The position numbers were made by a program, and so were the translations under genes. The notes beneath the pieces were generated by a model. That model saw only the letters and a program-made list of their open reading frames with translations, was not told the DNA's origin and searched no databases. From Gammaproteobacteria bacterium (GTDB lineage Bacteria > Pseudomonadota > Gammaproteobacteria > Pseudomonadales > Azotimanducaceae): a DNA stretch of 64,000 nucleotides. Below are positions 54,901-64,000 of the stretch, one piece after another. Position 1 is the stretch's first letter; every line of letters begins with the position of its first letter. Location of the stretch: contig JAYOVN010000004.1 of assembly GCA_038151515.1 (NCBI GenBank), forward strand, positions 5,799-69,798, given 5' to 3'.

Positions 54901-55134
54901 TGGTGGATTGTCGACTTTAAAACCAGCGAACCTCAACCGGGCGCTGCGCTAACGGATTTTTTGACCGAAGAAGCTTCCCGTTACAGCCCCCAGCTTCAGC
55001 GCTATCAACAGGCGTTATCATCCTTGATCAGCCAGTGCCCTGAGATTTTTACGCCAGCACCAACCAAGGCTTTGCCGGTGAAAACCGCTCTGTATTTCAC
55101 CGGCATTTCCCACTTCGAGGAACTGCTTCTTTAG
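51898..55134 (+). CDS. AddA/RexA-like UvrD-type helicase-nuclease
   Basis: QAPAGSGKT, LAITFT, LVDEFQDTS, VGDPMQSVYRFR, NFRS, MTIHKSKGLEF, LLYVACTRA; C-terminal DRV..IVDFKT..QL..Y; ATGA overlap with the upstream gene. Confidence 0.9.
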   Translation: MSGLPLEPNPQDQAQRLRALSVTESFIVQAPAGSGKTSLLVERYLHLLATVRRPEEILAITFTRAAAMEMKQRVLKALQKDTALTQAIRQQDSDNGWMLAQNPNLLKIQTIDSFATELATQIPGNQSAEGMAIEDKPRPLYLQAAQNVLSKLFTSDPSNFYVAQFLQALDNNADSADKLVTGMLAKRDQWLDVSRRIAGLALSGSGELASTLNQAVSELRETLLAPLDHRLNSDDRLMVTQIAQATDRTDHITALLPLILTQKGTIRKSIDRRQGEAFTDKDFKGEFLGWLETLQQRNLAPLLSACAKLPGLQEEPEAFDTLIATAVTLAMAAAELESLLGQRRCLDFTGMLMRASAGLEDEHGPTDLALYWDYRISHLLVDEFQDTSRSQFEFFNRLTAGWTMDDANTFFAVGDPMQSVYRFRDADVSIFSQCWQQGLPNVALEPLQLTSNFRSSADLVEWNNELFSALFPADALPHLGAIPFSRAIAQHQDDDPEPSKAPAVVQHAFADEAQEAAAIADHVAGLLAQLTEGSREEIGILCRARSHLPLLLHALKQAGIAYTSTDIDSLAAEPIVTDLLSLHRMLLQPSHRLSWFSILRSPMVGLSLAQLERIAEAPDLLAACEQAMDTDPALSRFVHAWTWAQQRLFELPVCEIIEGCWMRLGGVDAYPQPDLAHAHAWFDLLEAQQDRGWRPELVQEKTADLYAQDPSQAKVKVMTIHKSKGLEFTHVVLPNLGRKGRADDKDLLLWRPTASGLLVGVRDDAVYQWLRFEENSRSENEIKRLLYVACTRAEQSLWLSTASLRKRPQGLAQYLPALAAIEDQKPEADNDTGDSDNDLKGVPLNRQRLLKHLPVDYQWRVPFDQPELPQTQALNDDREVSSDTEEIQDDRSNRFNLALGNLVHQALAFIGEQNQQSRPIDQQLLVDQMHSWLPKLDAEPHQWTQVFDKAQAHVQKTLAEPTGHWLLQAHRNGYFEWPITVATHTGPRKLVFDRVFRTDDAWWIVDFKTSEPQPGAALTDFLTEEASRYSPQLQRYQQALSSLISQCPEIFTPAPTKALPVKTALYFTGISHFEELLL

Positions 55135-55272
55135 CGAAGCTCGGCCTGCCTCATGGCCCAATATCTGGGCGCCTTGACTGCAAGATGATTGCTTTTCGTC
55201 CGTGGGCGTTTACCATGCGCCGCCAGCATTGAGGCGCTAAGCGGGCATCCGGCCCGCACCAAGGAGAAATGT

Positions 55273-56322
55273 GTGCAACTCGAGAACTTAAACATTGAAC
55301 AACAGGAAGTGTTAGTAACGCCGGAGCAGTTAAAGGCTCAACTTCCCGTCAGCGATACTCTGCGCGACGCCATCAATGATTATCGAGAAACCGTCAAGAA
55401 CATTGTGGCCCGCAAGGACCCCCGGATGCTCGTCGTTGTGGGTCCGTGCTCTATCCATGATGTGGACGCGGCCAAAGAATACGCGACGCGACTTAAAACC
55501 CTCGCCGATGACATCAGCGATCAGGTCTTCGTGGTGATGCGAGCCTACTTCGAAAAGCCGCGCAGCACCGTGGGCTGGAAAGGCCTGATTAACGACCCCC
55601 ATCTTGATGACAGTTTCAAAGTCGCTGAAGGCCTGCACATTGGGCGTCAACTGCTGTTGGACTTATCGAACCTAGGGCTGCCACTTGCTACAGAAGCCCT
55701 CGATCCCATTACGCCCCAATACCTTCAAGATCTAATCTCATGGTCTGCCATCGGCGCACGAACGACCGAGTCTCAAACTCATCGGGAAATGGCATCTGGT
55801 TTGAGTTGCCCCGTAGGCTTCAAAAACGGCACGGATGGCTCCTTGGGTGTTGCCATTAACGCGCTGGAGTCCGTGGCCAGCCCGCATCGTTTCCTCGGCA
55901 TCAACCCAACTGGGCAGGTCAGTGTTGTGCAAACTAGGGGCAATGAATATGCCCATGTGGTGCTTCGCGGCGGTAGTGCCGGACCGAATTATGAAGCCCC
56001 CCACATAGAGGCCTGTGAGGCTGCCTTGGCTAAGCTCGATTTAACTCAATCCATCATGGTGGATTGCTCACACGCCAACTCCAACAAAGACCATCGACAA
56101 CAGCGCAAAGTTGTGGAGTCGGTAATGGCACAGGTAGCTCAGGGAAACCGCTCTATTACGGGCTTGATGATCGAAAGCCATCTCAACTCGGGCAATCAAA
56201 GCATTAACAACCCAGACGGTCTCAGCTACGGCGTTTCCATCACCGATGCCTGCATCGACTGGGAAGAAACCGACGCGCTGCTGCGGCACCTCGCCTCAGA
56301 ACTGGCATCACGGCCCCAGTAG
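55273..56322 (+). CDS. DAHP synthase class I (AroF/G type)
   Basis: GPCSIHD, MRAYFEKPRSTVGWKG, IGARTTESQTHREMASG, GFKNGTDG, DCSHANS, SITDAC; GTG 55273 after AAGGAG. Confidence 0.95.
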   Translation: MQLENLNIEQQEVLVTPEQLKAQLPVSDTLRDAINDYRETVKNIVARKDPRMLVVVGPCSIHDVDAAKEYATRLKTLADDISDQVFVVMRAYFEKPRSTVGWKGLINDPHLDDSFKVAEGLHIGRQLLLDLSNLGLPLATEALDPITPQYLQDLISWSAIGARTTESQTHREMASGLSCPVGFKNGTDGSLGVAINALESVASPHRFLGINPTGQVSVVQTRGNEYAHVVLRGGSAGPNYEAPHIEACEAALAKLDLTQSIMVDCSHANSNKDHRQQRKVVESVMAQVAQGNRSITGLMIESHLNSGNQSINNPDGLSYGVSITDACIDWEETDALLRHLASELASRPQ

Positions 56323-56350
56323 AACTGGGGCTCCAACAATATCCAGAGAT

Positions 56351-56932
56351 CTAGCTGTAGTAGGCGTTCTCTGTCACTGTGTGGTCGGTCATGTCTTTGA
56401 CCGCTGTGAGTTCTGGTACCCGCTCCAACAGCGTGGTCTCCACACTCCCCTTGAGGGTTAGATCCACCGCCGAGCACCCCTGACAGCCACCGCCAAATTG
56501 CAGGACTGCTTCTCCTTCTGACGTTACTTCGACCAAGGAAACCACACCGCCATGGGCAGCCAGTCCAGGGTTAATTTCGTTGTACAGAACGTAGTTGATC
56601 CGATCTTCGATAGGGGCATCCGGGCCCACCTTGGGAACTCGGGCATTCGGTGCCTTAATGGTGAGTTGCCCCCCCATTTGATCTTCCTGATAGTCCACTT
56701 CCGCATCTTCCAGGTACGGTTCACTACGGCCCTCGAACCAAGCACGAAATCCCTCATATTCCACCGCGATGTCCCCCTCCTGCTCCTCGCCAGGGCGACA
56801 ATAGGCGATGCAGGTTTCAGCTTGAGGCGTGCCGGGTTGGGCAACAAAAATGCGGATACTCACACCTTGGTCATCTTGCTTCGCGAGTAGGTCGTGCAAG
56901 TAGGTTTGTGCGCTCGCGGAAATCTCTATCAT
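56351..56932 (-). CDS. nfuA: Fe-S carrier NfuA
   Basis: [38 protein letters not shown]. Confidence 0.95.
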   Translation of the reverse strand: MIEISASAQTYLHDLLAKQDDQGVSIRIFVAQPGTPQAETCIAYCRPGEEQEGDIAVEYEGFRAWFEGRSEPYLEDAEVDYQEDQMGGQLTIKAPNARVPKVGPDAPIEDRINYVLYNEINPGLAAHGGVVSLVEVTSEGEAVLQFGGGCQGCSAVDLTLKGSVETTLLERVPELTAVKDMTDHTVTENAYYS

Positions 56933-57203
56933 GTGTTGTCCTGTGAACAGGTTTTTTCTTTCGGTTTTTATTCGGGTGGTCTGTTACGACTGGCCACATT
57001 GTACAGATCACCGCGACCTTTGCAGAGAATCTATCCGGACAAAAGCACTCGGGCTTGATTCGTTGCCCAGCGACCATCATGAGCGGTTCTCAAGACCACG
57101 TATCAGCCCACGATTTGTTCTACAACAGTGGCTTGCCTAAAGTATCGGTGTTGAAAAACCCATAGACCAAAAAATCTAGGACATAACGGGGATCTATACG
57201 TTC

Positions 57204-60200
57204 ATGCAAGCCCAATCCACCAGCGGCCGTCGCTCCAATCCACGCTTGACGCGTTCCATGCTGGTACAAATGATGCAGCGACGAATTTTGGTTTTAGATG
57301 GCGCTTACGGCAGCGCATTCCAAGGCTACAAGCTCTCTGAAGAAGCCTTTCAAGGCGAACGCTTTGCCGACCTTGGACAGCCCCTCCAGGGCAACCATGA
57401 CATATTGAATCTAACCCAGCCTGAAATTGTTGCCCAAGTGCATGCCGGTTATCTAGCCGCCGGCTGCGACATCATTAGCACCAATACATTCAACGCCACG
57501 GACATCGCCCAGGCAGATTTTGGTACTCAAGATCTGTGTTTTGAAATCAACGAACAGGCCGCACGCATCGCCAGACGCTGCGCCAATGAATACAGCAGCG
57601 ACGAGCAGCCCCGGTTTGTCGCGGGCAGCATCGGCCCCACCAATCGCACGGCCAGCATCTCTCCAGATGTTAACCGCCCAGAATTTCGCAACGTAGACTT
57701 CGACAGTCTATGCCAAGCCTACGAGGAGGCGGCCCGAGGACTCATTGCTGGCGGTGTGGACCTGTTTCTTATCGAAACCGTCTTCGACACGTTGAATGCC
57801 AAGGCTGCCATCGCCGCCTTGGATCGGGTCAATGGAGAACTGGAAGAGCCCTACCCCCTGATCGTGTCAGGCACCATTACCGATGCCAGCGGACGCACCC
57901 TGTCGGGCCAGACCTGCGAGGCATTTCTGTATTCAGTGGAGCATGCAAACCCGGTGGCTGTGGGCCTAAACTGCGCTCTTGGCGCAGAGCAACTACGCCC
58001 CTACATAGCCGAACTGGCGGCGCTAAGTACAAGCGGCGTCAGCGCACACCCGAATGCGGGCCTGCCCGACGCCTTTGGCGAATACACCCAAAACCCTGAA
58101 CAAATGGCCGTATTGATTGGCGAATTCGCTCAAGCGGGCTGGCTGAACATTGTCGGTGGTTGCTGCGGCACCACACCAGAACACATCGCCGCCATCGTGG
58201 ACGCGGTGAAAGATGTTGCTCCCAGACCAATGGCATTAACTGAGCAACCAATCGCCCCCAAGCAAACCTCCGTCCCTCACAAAAGCCAGTTGAAACTTGC
58301 GGGTCTAGAGCCGTTAAAACTCAACGAAGATGCGCTATTCATTAACGTCGGTGAGCGGACAAACGTCACAGGGTCCGCCAGATTCGCTCGACTGATTCGG
58401 GAAAACCAATTCACTGAAGCCCTTCAGGTGGCGCGTCAGCAGGTAGAAAACGGCGCCCAAATCATCGACATCAATATGGACGAAGGGATGCTAGACGGCG
58501 TCGAGGCCATGCAGCACTTCTTGAACCTTATCGCCACAGAGCCTGACATTTCCCGGGTACCTATCATGATCGACTCAAGTAAGTGGGAGATCATCGAGGC
58601 AGGTTTAAAGTGTGTACAGGGCAAGGCCATCGTTAACTCTTTGAGCCTCAAGGAAGGCGAGGAAGCCTTCGTTTCCCTCGCCAAACGCTGTAGAGCCTAC
58701 GGTGCCGCCATGGTTGTCATGGCCTTCGATGAAGACGGCCAAGCGGATACCTACCAGCGCAAGATCGACATCTGTCAGCGCAGCTTCGACATTTTGACCC
58801 AGCAGGTAGGTGTGGATGCCAGCGACATCATCTTCGACCCCAATATTTTTGCCATTGGTACGGGCATCGAAGAGCATGCGAACTACGCGGTAGATTTCAT
58901 AAATGCCGTGGCTTGGATCCACAGCAATTTGCCGGGGGTAAGCACTTCAGGTGGGCTGAGCAACGTTTCTTTCGCCTTTCGCGGTAACAACCAAGTCCGG
59001 GAGGCCATTCATACGGTCTTTCTCTACCACGCCATACGTGCGGGTCTAACCATGGCCATCGTCAACGCAGGACAACTGGAGATTTACGACCAACTCCCTC
59101 AAGAGTTACGCGAGGCTGCAGAAGACCTAGTGCTTAATCGCCGCGAGGACGCCACCGAGCGACTGTTGAGTCTGGCCCAAAACTACGCAGGCGCCAGCGA
59201 GAATAAAACTGTACAGGAAGAAGCTTGGCGAACCCTGCCGGTGAGCGAGCGCCTAACTCATGCCCTAGTGAAAGGCATCAACAGCCATGTAATTGAAGAT
59301 ACCGAAGAAGCCCGCCAACACGTAGACCACCCGCTGGAGGTCATCGAAGGCCCCTTAATGGCGGGCATGGGCGTGGTGGGTGATTTATTCGCTACCGGCA
59401 AGATGTTCCTCCCCCAAGTGGTCAAAAGTGCCCGGGTTATGAAACAGGCCGTAGCGCACTTGGTTCCCTTTATCGAAGCCGAGAAAGCCAACCAACCGGC
59501 TACTCAGCAACGGGCCAAGGGCAAAATTTTGCTGGCCACGGTAAAGGGCGATGTCCATGACATTGGCAAGAACATTGTTGGCGTGGTGCTGCAATGCAAC
59601 AACTACGATATTTTAGATCTTGGGGTCATGGTGCCGGCGGAGAAGATTTTGCAAACGGCTATCGACGAAGAGGTAGACGCTATCGGCTTATCCGGACTCA
59701 TCACACCCTCGCTTGATGAGATGGTGAATGTGGCCGCCCAAATGCAACGCCTGAACTTGGACATACCCCTACTTATTGGTGGGGCCACGACCAGCAAGGC
59801 CCACACGGCGGCTAAAATAGCGCCGGCCTACGACAATCGAGCCACGGTTTACGTTAGTGACGCTTCGCGCGCCGTTGGCGTTGCAGCGAAGCTATTGGCA
59901 CCAGAAGAGGCTTATCAGACCTACGCAGCACAGATCCGCGAAGAATATCTAAAAATCAAAGACCGGGTCGAAGCCCGGCGTGAAAAGCGCGCCTTCCTTA
60001 CCCTAGAGTCCGCTCGAGACAACGCCCTAGATTTTGATTGGGCTAGCTACACCCCACCCAAGCCAAAAAACTTGGGCACCCAAGTGTTAACTCCCAGCCT
60101 AGAAGAGTTGGTTCCCCTGATCGACTGGTCACCCTACTTCATGACCTGGGAACTGGCAGGCAAATTCCCCAATATTTTGGAGGACGAAATCGTTGGTGAA

Positions 60201-60956
60201 GCCGCCAGAAACCTCTGGCAGGACACACAAGAGCGCCTGCAGTGGCTGATAGACGACGGCCGCCTGCAAACCCGCGGGATCATCGGCATATGGCCTGCCA
60301 ACCGGCTTAACACCGACGACATCCGGCTGTACACAGCCGAGGATCGACAGACGCCTTTGGCCGATCTGTACCACCTGCGTCAGCAGGCGCCCAAGCCCGA
60401 CGACCTAAGTCCCAACCTCTGTTTGGCGGACTACGTAGCACCGGAAGGTGCCGATTATCTTGGGGGCTTCGCCGTCACTGCAGGTATTCACATGAATGAT
60501 GTATTAGCAGATTTCCCCAACGACGACTTCAACCAGATAATGATCAAGGCGCTGGCGGACCGCTTTGCTGAAGCCTTTGCCGAGTACGCCCACCGCATGG
60601 TTCGACAGGAAATCTGGGGCTATGCCAGTGACGAAAACTTGGATAACGAGCAGCTGATCAAAGAAAAGTATCAGGGCATTCGTCCCGCCCCTGGCTATCC
60701 GGCCTGCCCGGAGCACAGTGAGAAAGAGACCTTGTTCGACTTACTTGATGCCACCGAAAAAACAGGTATTACTCTTACCGAGAGCTATGCCATGAGCCCA
60801 GCCGCCGCGGTCAGCGGCTGGTATTTTTCCCACCCGGAAGCTCGATATTTTGGTGTCGGCAAAATCGACGAGGATCAGGTTCAGGACTATGGCAAACGAA
60901 AGGGGTTGGATGAGGTCACTGCAAGGCAACGCCTGCAGCCGCTTTTGTCGGATTGA
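57204..60956 (+). CDS. metH: Cobalamin-dependent methionine synthase
   Basis: [42 protein letters not shown] (B12 binding), [10 protein letters not shown]. Confidence 0.97.
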   Translation: MQAQSTSGRRSNPRLTRSMLVQMMQRRILVLDGAYGSAFQGYKLSEEAFQGERFADLGQPLQGNHDILNLTQPEIVAQVHAGYLAAGCDIISTNTFNATDIAQADFGTQDLCFEINEQAARIARRCANEYSSDEQPRFVAGSIGPTNRTASISPDVNRPEFRNVDFDSLCQAYEEAARGLIAGGVDLFLIETVFDTLNAKAAIAALDRVNGELEEPYPLIVSGTITDASGRTLSGQTCEAFLYSVEHANPVAVGLNCALGAEQLRPYIAELAALSTSGVSAHPNAGLPDAFGEYTQNPEQMAVLIGEFAQAGWLNIVGGCCGTTPEHIAAIVDAVKDVAPRPMALTEQPIAPKQTSVPHKSQLKLAGLEPLKLNEDALFINVGERTNVTGSARFARLIRENQFTEALQVARQQVENGAQIIDINMDEGMLDGVEAMQHFLNLIATEPDISRVPIMIDSSKWEIIEAGLKCVQGKAIVNSLSLKEGEEAFVSLAKRCRAYGAAMVVMAFDEDGQADTYQRKIDICQRSFDILTQQVGVDASDIIFDPNIFAIGTGIEEHANYAVDFINAVAWIHSNLPGVSTSGGLSNVSFAFRGNNQVREAIHTVFLYHAIRAGLTMAIVNAGQLEIYDQLPQELREAAEDLVLNRREDATERLLSLAQNYAGASENKTVQEEAWRTLPVSERLTHALVKGINSHVIEDTEEARQHVDHPLEVIEGPLMAGMGVVGDLFATGKMFLPQVVKSARVMKQAVAHLVPFIEAEKANQPATQQRAKGKILLATVKGDVHDIGKNIVGVVLQCNNYDILDLGVMVPAEKILQTAIDEEVDAIGLSGLITPSLDEMVNVAAQMQRLNLDIPLLIGGATTSKAHTAAKIAPAYDNRATVYVSDASRAVGVAAKLLAPEEAYQTYAAQIREEYLKIKDRVEARREKRAFLTLESARDNALDFDWASYTPPKPKNLGTQVLTPSLEELVPLIDWSPYFMTWELAGKFPNILEDEIVGEAARNLWQDTQERLQWLIDDGRLQTRGIIGIWPANRLNTDDIRLYTAEDRQTPLADLYHLRQQAPKPDDLSPNLCLADYVAPEGADYLGGFAVTAGIHMNDVLADFPNDDFNQIMIKALADRFAEAFAEYAHRMVRQEIWGYASDENLDNEQLIKEKYQGIRPAPGYPACPEHSEKETLFDLLDATEKTGITLTESYAMSPAAAVSGWYFSHPEARYFGVGKIDEDQVQDYGKRKGLDEVTARQRLQPLLSD

Positions 60957-61013
60957 AGTGCCCCGGCCATGATGGTTAGGGCTGTCGGTTTAAAGATCTA
61001 CAGCTCTTGAGGT

Positions 61014-61178
61014 CTACAGGTCGAAAGACCACCCGGAAATGTAAAAAACGCAGAACAGTACCGCAGCGGTGAAGATCACGAAAATCGCCTTGGCGTCAGC
61101 CCTGCTGTCACCGTTGTCTGTTGCCGAAGCTGTTACTGCCGCAGATTCTTCTACCGCGTTTTGTTGTTCGTCACTCAT
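61014..61178 (-). CDS. Small protein with C-terminal TM helix
   Basis: MSDEQQ...DSRADAKAIFVIFTAAVLFCVFYISGWSFDL; GGGGA RBS before ATG 61178. Confidence 0.6.
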   Translation of the reverse strand: MSDEQQNAVEESAAVTASATDNGDSRADAKAIFVIFTAAVLFCVFYISGWSFDL

Positions 61179-61242
61179 AAATCCCCACTCTGCCAATTGC
61201 TTACGTTACTGAAGCGATTATCCCGCATCGCTGCCTAAGTTC

Positions 61243-61333
61243 TCTGGTGATCGCTAACCGGATCACCGCAAATCTATGCGGCGCAATTATAGGGCCACTT
61301 GGGATCAGTACAAGTGATACAGCGATCACCAGA
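61243..61333. other. Structured intergenic element (13-bp closing stem plus two internal hairpins)
   Basis: TCTGGTGATCGCT (61243-55) / AGCGATCACCAGA (61321-33); inner CCGCA/TGCGG and CACTTG/CAAGTG stems. Confidence 0.6.
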
Positions 61334-61602
61334 CAAAAAGCAAAGGACGTCAGATAAAGAAACTGACACTGGGGATCAAAACACGCCTACGGAAGCGGGT
61401 GTCGAGTCGCCAAAGCTCGGCAACTACACTTAAGCTTATTTGCTTAGAACAAAATGGACTGACGATAAGCTCGTGGCCCTGCGTTAAACTCCGCCCGCAT
61501 TTTTCGTCTATCCCATGTTAGGGCTGATCAATGCAGGTTCATTGGCCTGTAACACCGCCTTGTGTAGACGACCCACACCATTGTCCTTGGATTATTCGAC
61601 TT

Positions 61603-63276
61603 ATGTATCAATACAGCGAATTTGACCGTAGCTTCGTTAACCAACGAGTTGCCCATTATCGGGATCAAACCCAACGTTATTTGGATGGCAAGCTCTCAGA
61701 CGATGAGTTTTTACAGTTGAGATTGCGCAACGGACTCTACATTCAACGCCTAGCCCCCATGCTTCGTGTGGCAGTTCCTTACGGCACACTATCCAGCAAA
61801 CAGCTTCGCGCCCTAGCCAGCATCGCTCGGGATTACGATCGCGGCTATGGCCACTTGAGCACGCGGCAAAACATGCAGTTCAACTGGCCGGCACTCGAGG
61901 ACGTACCCGATATTCTGCAGGCTCTTGCCGATGTTGATATGCACGCGATCCAAACCAGCGGTAGCTGTATTCGGAACGTCACCACAGATCAATTTGCCGG
62001 CGCAGCCGCGGACGAACACATCGATCCGAGACCCTTTTGCGAGCTACTCCGACAATGGTCTACCTCCCACCCTGAATTCGAGTGGCTGCCGCGCAAGTTC
62101 AAAATAGCCGTCACCGGCGCCAGCCAAGATCGTGCCGCCATTGGGGTCCACGACATCGGTATGCGCATTTATGGTGATGACGCCAGTCCAGAAAATGCCC
62201 TAGTTGATATCTACGCCGGTGGCGGCTTGGGCCGCACCCCGGTCCTCGGCGCGCTGATCTACCAAGGGCTACCCATTAAGCATCTACTGACTTACACCGA
62301 AGCCATTATGCGGGTCTATAACCGCTATGGCCGCCGCGACAACAAATACAAGGCTCGAATCAAAATTCTGGTTCGTGCCCTGACCGCCGAGGGCTTCAAG
62401 GCCAAGGTGGATGAAGAATGGAGCCATCTGAAAGACGGTATTAACACGGTTCCAGTGGACACTTTCCAACGCTTGGGCGAATTCTTTACTCCGCCCGCCT
62501 ACACAGACCAACCCGACGTCAGCGCAACCTTGGCTGACCAGCGGTTGAGCCATCCCGCCTTCAATCGATGGCTGACCCACAATGTCGGGCCGCACAAGCG
62601 CGCAGGCTACGCCGTGGTCACTTTGTCCACGAAAAGCGTGGGCGTACCGCCCGGGGACGTCAGCTCAGAACAAATCGATGCCGTGGCAGACTGGGCCGAA
62701 CGGTACAGCTTTGGCGAGATACGAATCAGTCACGAACAAAATTTTGTGCTGGCCCATGTGGCCAAGGCAGACCTGTTTCAGCTGTGGCAGCAGGCCGAGG
62801 CACAGGCTCTGGCCAGTCACAACAATGGTTTACTCAGCGACATGATTTGCTGTCCCGGTGGTGATTATTGTTCCTTGGCCAACGCTAAGTCGCTGCCAGT
62901 GGCCGAAGCCATTCAGCGTCGCTTCGAAGACTACGACTTCCAGTTTGATCTCGGCGATATTGACCTAAACATATCCGGCTGCATGAATGCCTGCGGACAT
63001 CACCATGTCGGACACATCGGCATCTTGGGTGTGGACAAAAAAGGCCAAGAGTTCTACCAGATCTCCTTGGGTGGTCACGCCGGGCACTCCGAAATCCCCC
63101 CAAAGTTAGGTCAAATCGTCGGTCCTTCCGTTGCCCGGGCAGAAGTGTGCGATGTTATTGACAAAATTCTAAGGGTATACCTCGACCTTAGATTGGATCA
63201 CGAGTCTTTCCTTAGCTGCTTTAACCGCGTTGGCATCGACCCCTTCAAGGAGAACATTTATGCCTCAGCTGCTTAG
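61603..63276 (+). CDS. cysI: Sulfite reductase hemoprotein (Pseudomonas-type CysI)
   Basis: MYQYSEFD, LRNGLYIQR, STRQNMQ, LPRKFK, CCPGGDYC and SGCMNACG (siroheme/Fe-S cysteines). Confidence 0.93.
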   Translation: MYQYSEFDRSFVNQRVAHYRDQTQRYLDGKLSDDEFLQLRLRNGLYIQRLAPMLRVAVPYGTLSSKQLRALASIARDYDRGYGHLSTRQNMQFNWPALEDVPDILQALADVDMHAIQTSGSCIRNVTTDQFAGAAADEHIDPRPFCELLRQWSTSHPEFEWLPRKFKIAVTGASQDRAAIGVHDIGMRIYGDDASPENALVDIYAGGGLGRTPVLGALIYQGLPIKHLLTYTEAIMRVYNRYGRRDNKYKARIKILVRALTAEGFKAKVDEEWSHLKDGINTVPVDTFQRLGEFFTPPAYTDQPDVSATLADQRLSHPAFNRWLTHNVGPHKRAGYAVVTLSTKSVGVPPGDVSSEQIDAVADWAERYSFGEIRISHEQNFVLAHVAKADLFQLWQQAEAQALASHNNGLLSDMICCPGGDYCSLANAKSLPVAEAIQRRFEDYDFQFDLGDIDLNISGCMNACGHHHVGHIGILGVDKKGQEFYQISLGGHAGHSEIPPKLGQIVGPSVARAEVCDVIDKILRVYLDLRLDHESFLSCFNRVGIDPFKENIYASAA

Positions 63277-63688
63277 AAACACAGATCAAGGCTGGCAGAT
63301 CATTGACGAACCCGATGCTCCGTGGCAGTCACTGAGCGATTGGCAGGCCGCCGAAGGTTCCAGTGGTCGTGTTGCGGTAAACGTAGACAGTGAACCGGAT
63401 CAAAGCTGGTTGAGCGCCGATGCTATTGCCGTGGATTTCCCAGCTCTTACCGATGGCCGGGGCCTTTCCCTTGCCGTTCTACTGCGTACCCGCTACCGCT
63501 ACACAGGCGATTTAGTAGCTCGTGGTGGTGTGCACGAGGACATCGTTCACTTTCTAGCCCGATGTGGATTCAACGTGATCGAATTGCCTCAGGGACGTGA
63601 CCTTCAAACGGCGCTGCGCTGGGTCTCTCCCCACACCGATTACTATCAAGCGTCGGTAAGTAACCCAACTCCCCACTTTCTTAACTGA
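63260..63688 (+). CDS. DUF934 protein (CysI partner)
   Basis: FPALTDGRGLSLAVLLR.RY.YTGDL.A.G..FLARCGF; overlaps the cysI stop. Confidence 0.88.
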   Translation: MPQLLRNTDQGWQIIDEPDAPWQSLSDWQAAEGSSGRVAVNVDSEPDQSWLSADAIAVDFPALTDGRGLSLAVLLRTRYRYTGDLVARGGVHEDIVHFLARCGFNVIELPQGRDLQTALRWVSPHTDYYQASVSNPTPHFLN

Positions 63689-63721
63689 TCTAGCACGTTG
63701 TGGGCCACAGGTTCACTTTCC

Positions 63722-63741
63722 GCGAGCCCCCGGTGGCTCGC
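63722..63741 (+). terminator. Hairpin after the cysI-DUF934 operon
   Basis: GCGAGCC-cccggt-GGCTCGC followed by an AT-rich tract. Confidence 0.45.
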
Positions 63742-63780
63742 AACTCACTTATTTAATCGGGTATTTGATAGGCTGAACCA

Positions 63781-64000
63781 ATGGCCGACACCGACATCCT
63801 CACTTCCTTTTTTCTGATCTTCGCCGGGGCCGCGGTAGTGGCGACGGCAGCGCTATTCACCCGACAGCCTATGCTGGTGGCCTACATCATTTTGGGTGCC
63901 TTGCTGGGGCCCTATGGCATGGGCTTACTTAACGACACCACACTCTTAGGCAATATTGCTGAAACCGGCATCATCTTTTTACTCTTTTTGGTGGGTTTGG
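63781..64000 (+). CDS. CPA2-family cation:proton antiporter (KefB/C-like), 5' partial
   Basis: Manual translation MADTDILTSFFLIFAGAAVVATAALFTRQPMLVAYIILGALLGPYGMG...IAETGIIFLLFLVGL; runs off the window end. Confidence 0.82.
   Translation, partial: MADTDILTSFFLIFAGAAVVATAALFTRQPMLVAYIILGALLGPYGMGLLNDTTLLGNIAETGIIFLLFLVGL

Noticed and set aside
57090-57150. SAM-II/SAM-V-like riboswitch upstream of metH (GATTT in a loop, CTAAAG downstream)
   Set aside because: The loop lacks the conserved UUG(C/U) element and the linker to CUAAA is too short for the pseudoknot. No cobalamin or SAH riboswitch signature is visible either. A cmscan would settle it.
61243-61333. tRNA gene (cloverleaf-like fold with CACCA near the end)
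   Set aside because: The closing stem is 13 bp with CCA paired, and there is no TTCGA T-loop or D-loop consensus.

Overview
This is a ~55% GC chromosomal window from a Gammaproteobacterium. Gene order recalls Pseudomonadales and marine relatives, which is inference from synteny. It is mostly core genome. (1) 1-16.9 kb is an accessory-looking catabolic and export block: M20 amidohydrolase, PhyH-type dioxygenase, two SDRs, GFA protein, a DUF1800/DUF1501 pair, GMC oxidoreductase, CsaA, metallophosphoesterase, OYE-type flavin oxidoreductase and an RND MFP+permease. (2) 17-37.9 kb is the conserved tusDCBE-cysG-serS-rarA-lolA-ftsK-aat-bpt-infA-clpA-clpS-cspD-idh-mnmA-purB region, with trxB, icd and hflD missing and a PA4642-like gene and moaCDE present instead. 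(3) The 2-methylcitrate cycle is split into two convergent halves, acnD-prpF and prpB-prpC. (4) thrH, APS-type cysH, a CxxC small protein, cysB, 5'-nucleotidase, DUF465 and a TerB-like gene follow. (5) An AddAB-like helicase-nuclease pair. (6) aroF/G, nfuA, metH, cysI, DUF934 and a partial CPA2 antiporter. I saw no rRNA, tRNA, CRISPR array, integrase or transposase. The most notable unexplained signals are: an unannotated 39-aa membrane ORF coupled to the TerB-like gene and followed by a 4x16-bp tandem array; a palindrome-encoded peptide insertion in CysG; a 5x11-bp phased repeat in a structured prpF/prpC spacer; a multi-hairpin element upstream of cysI; a CPKC protein beside cysH; and the exported DUF1800/DUF1501 module. 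Family assignments come from motif recognition only; no database searches were run.
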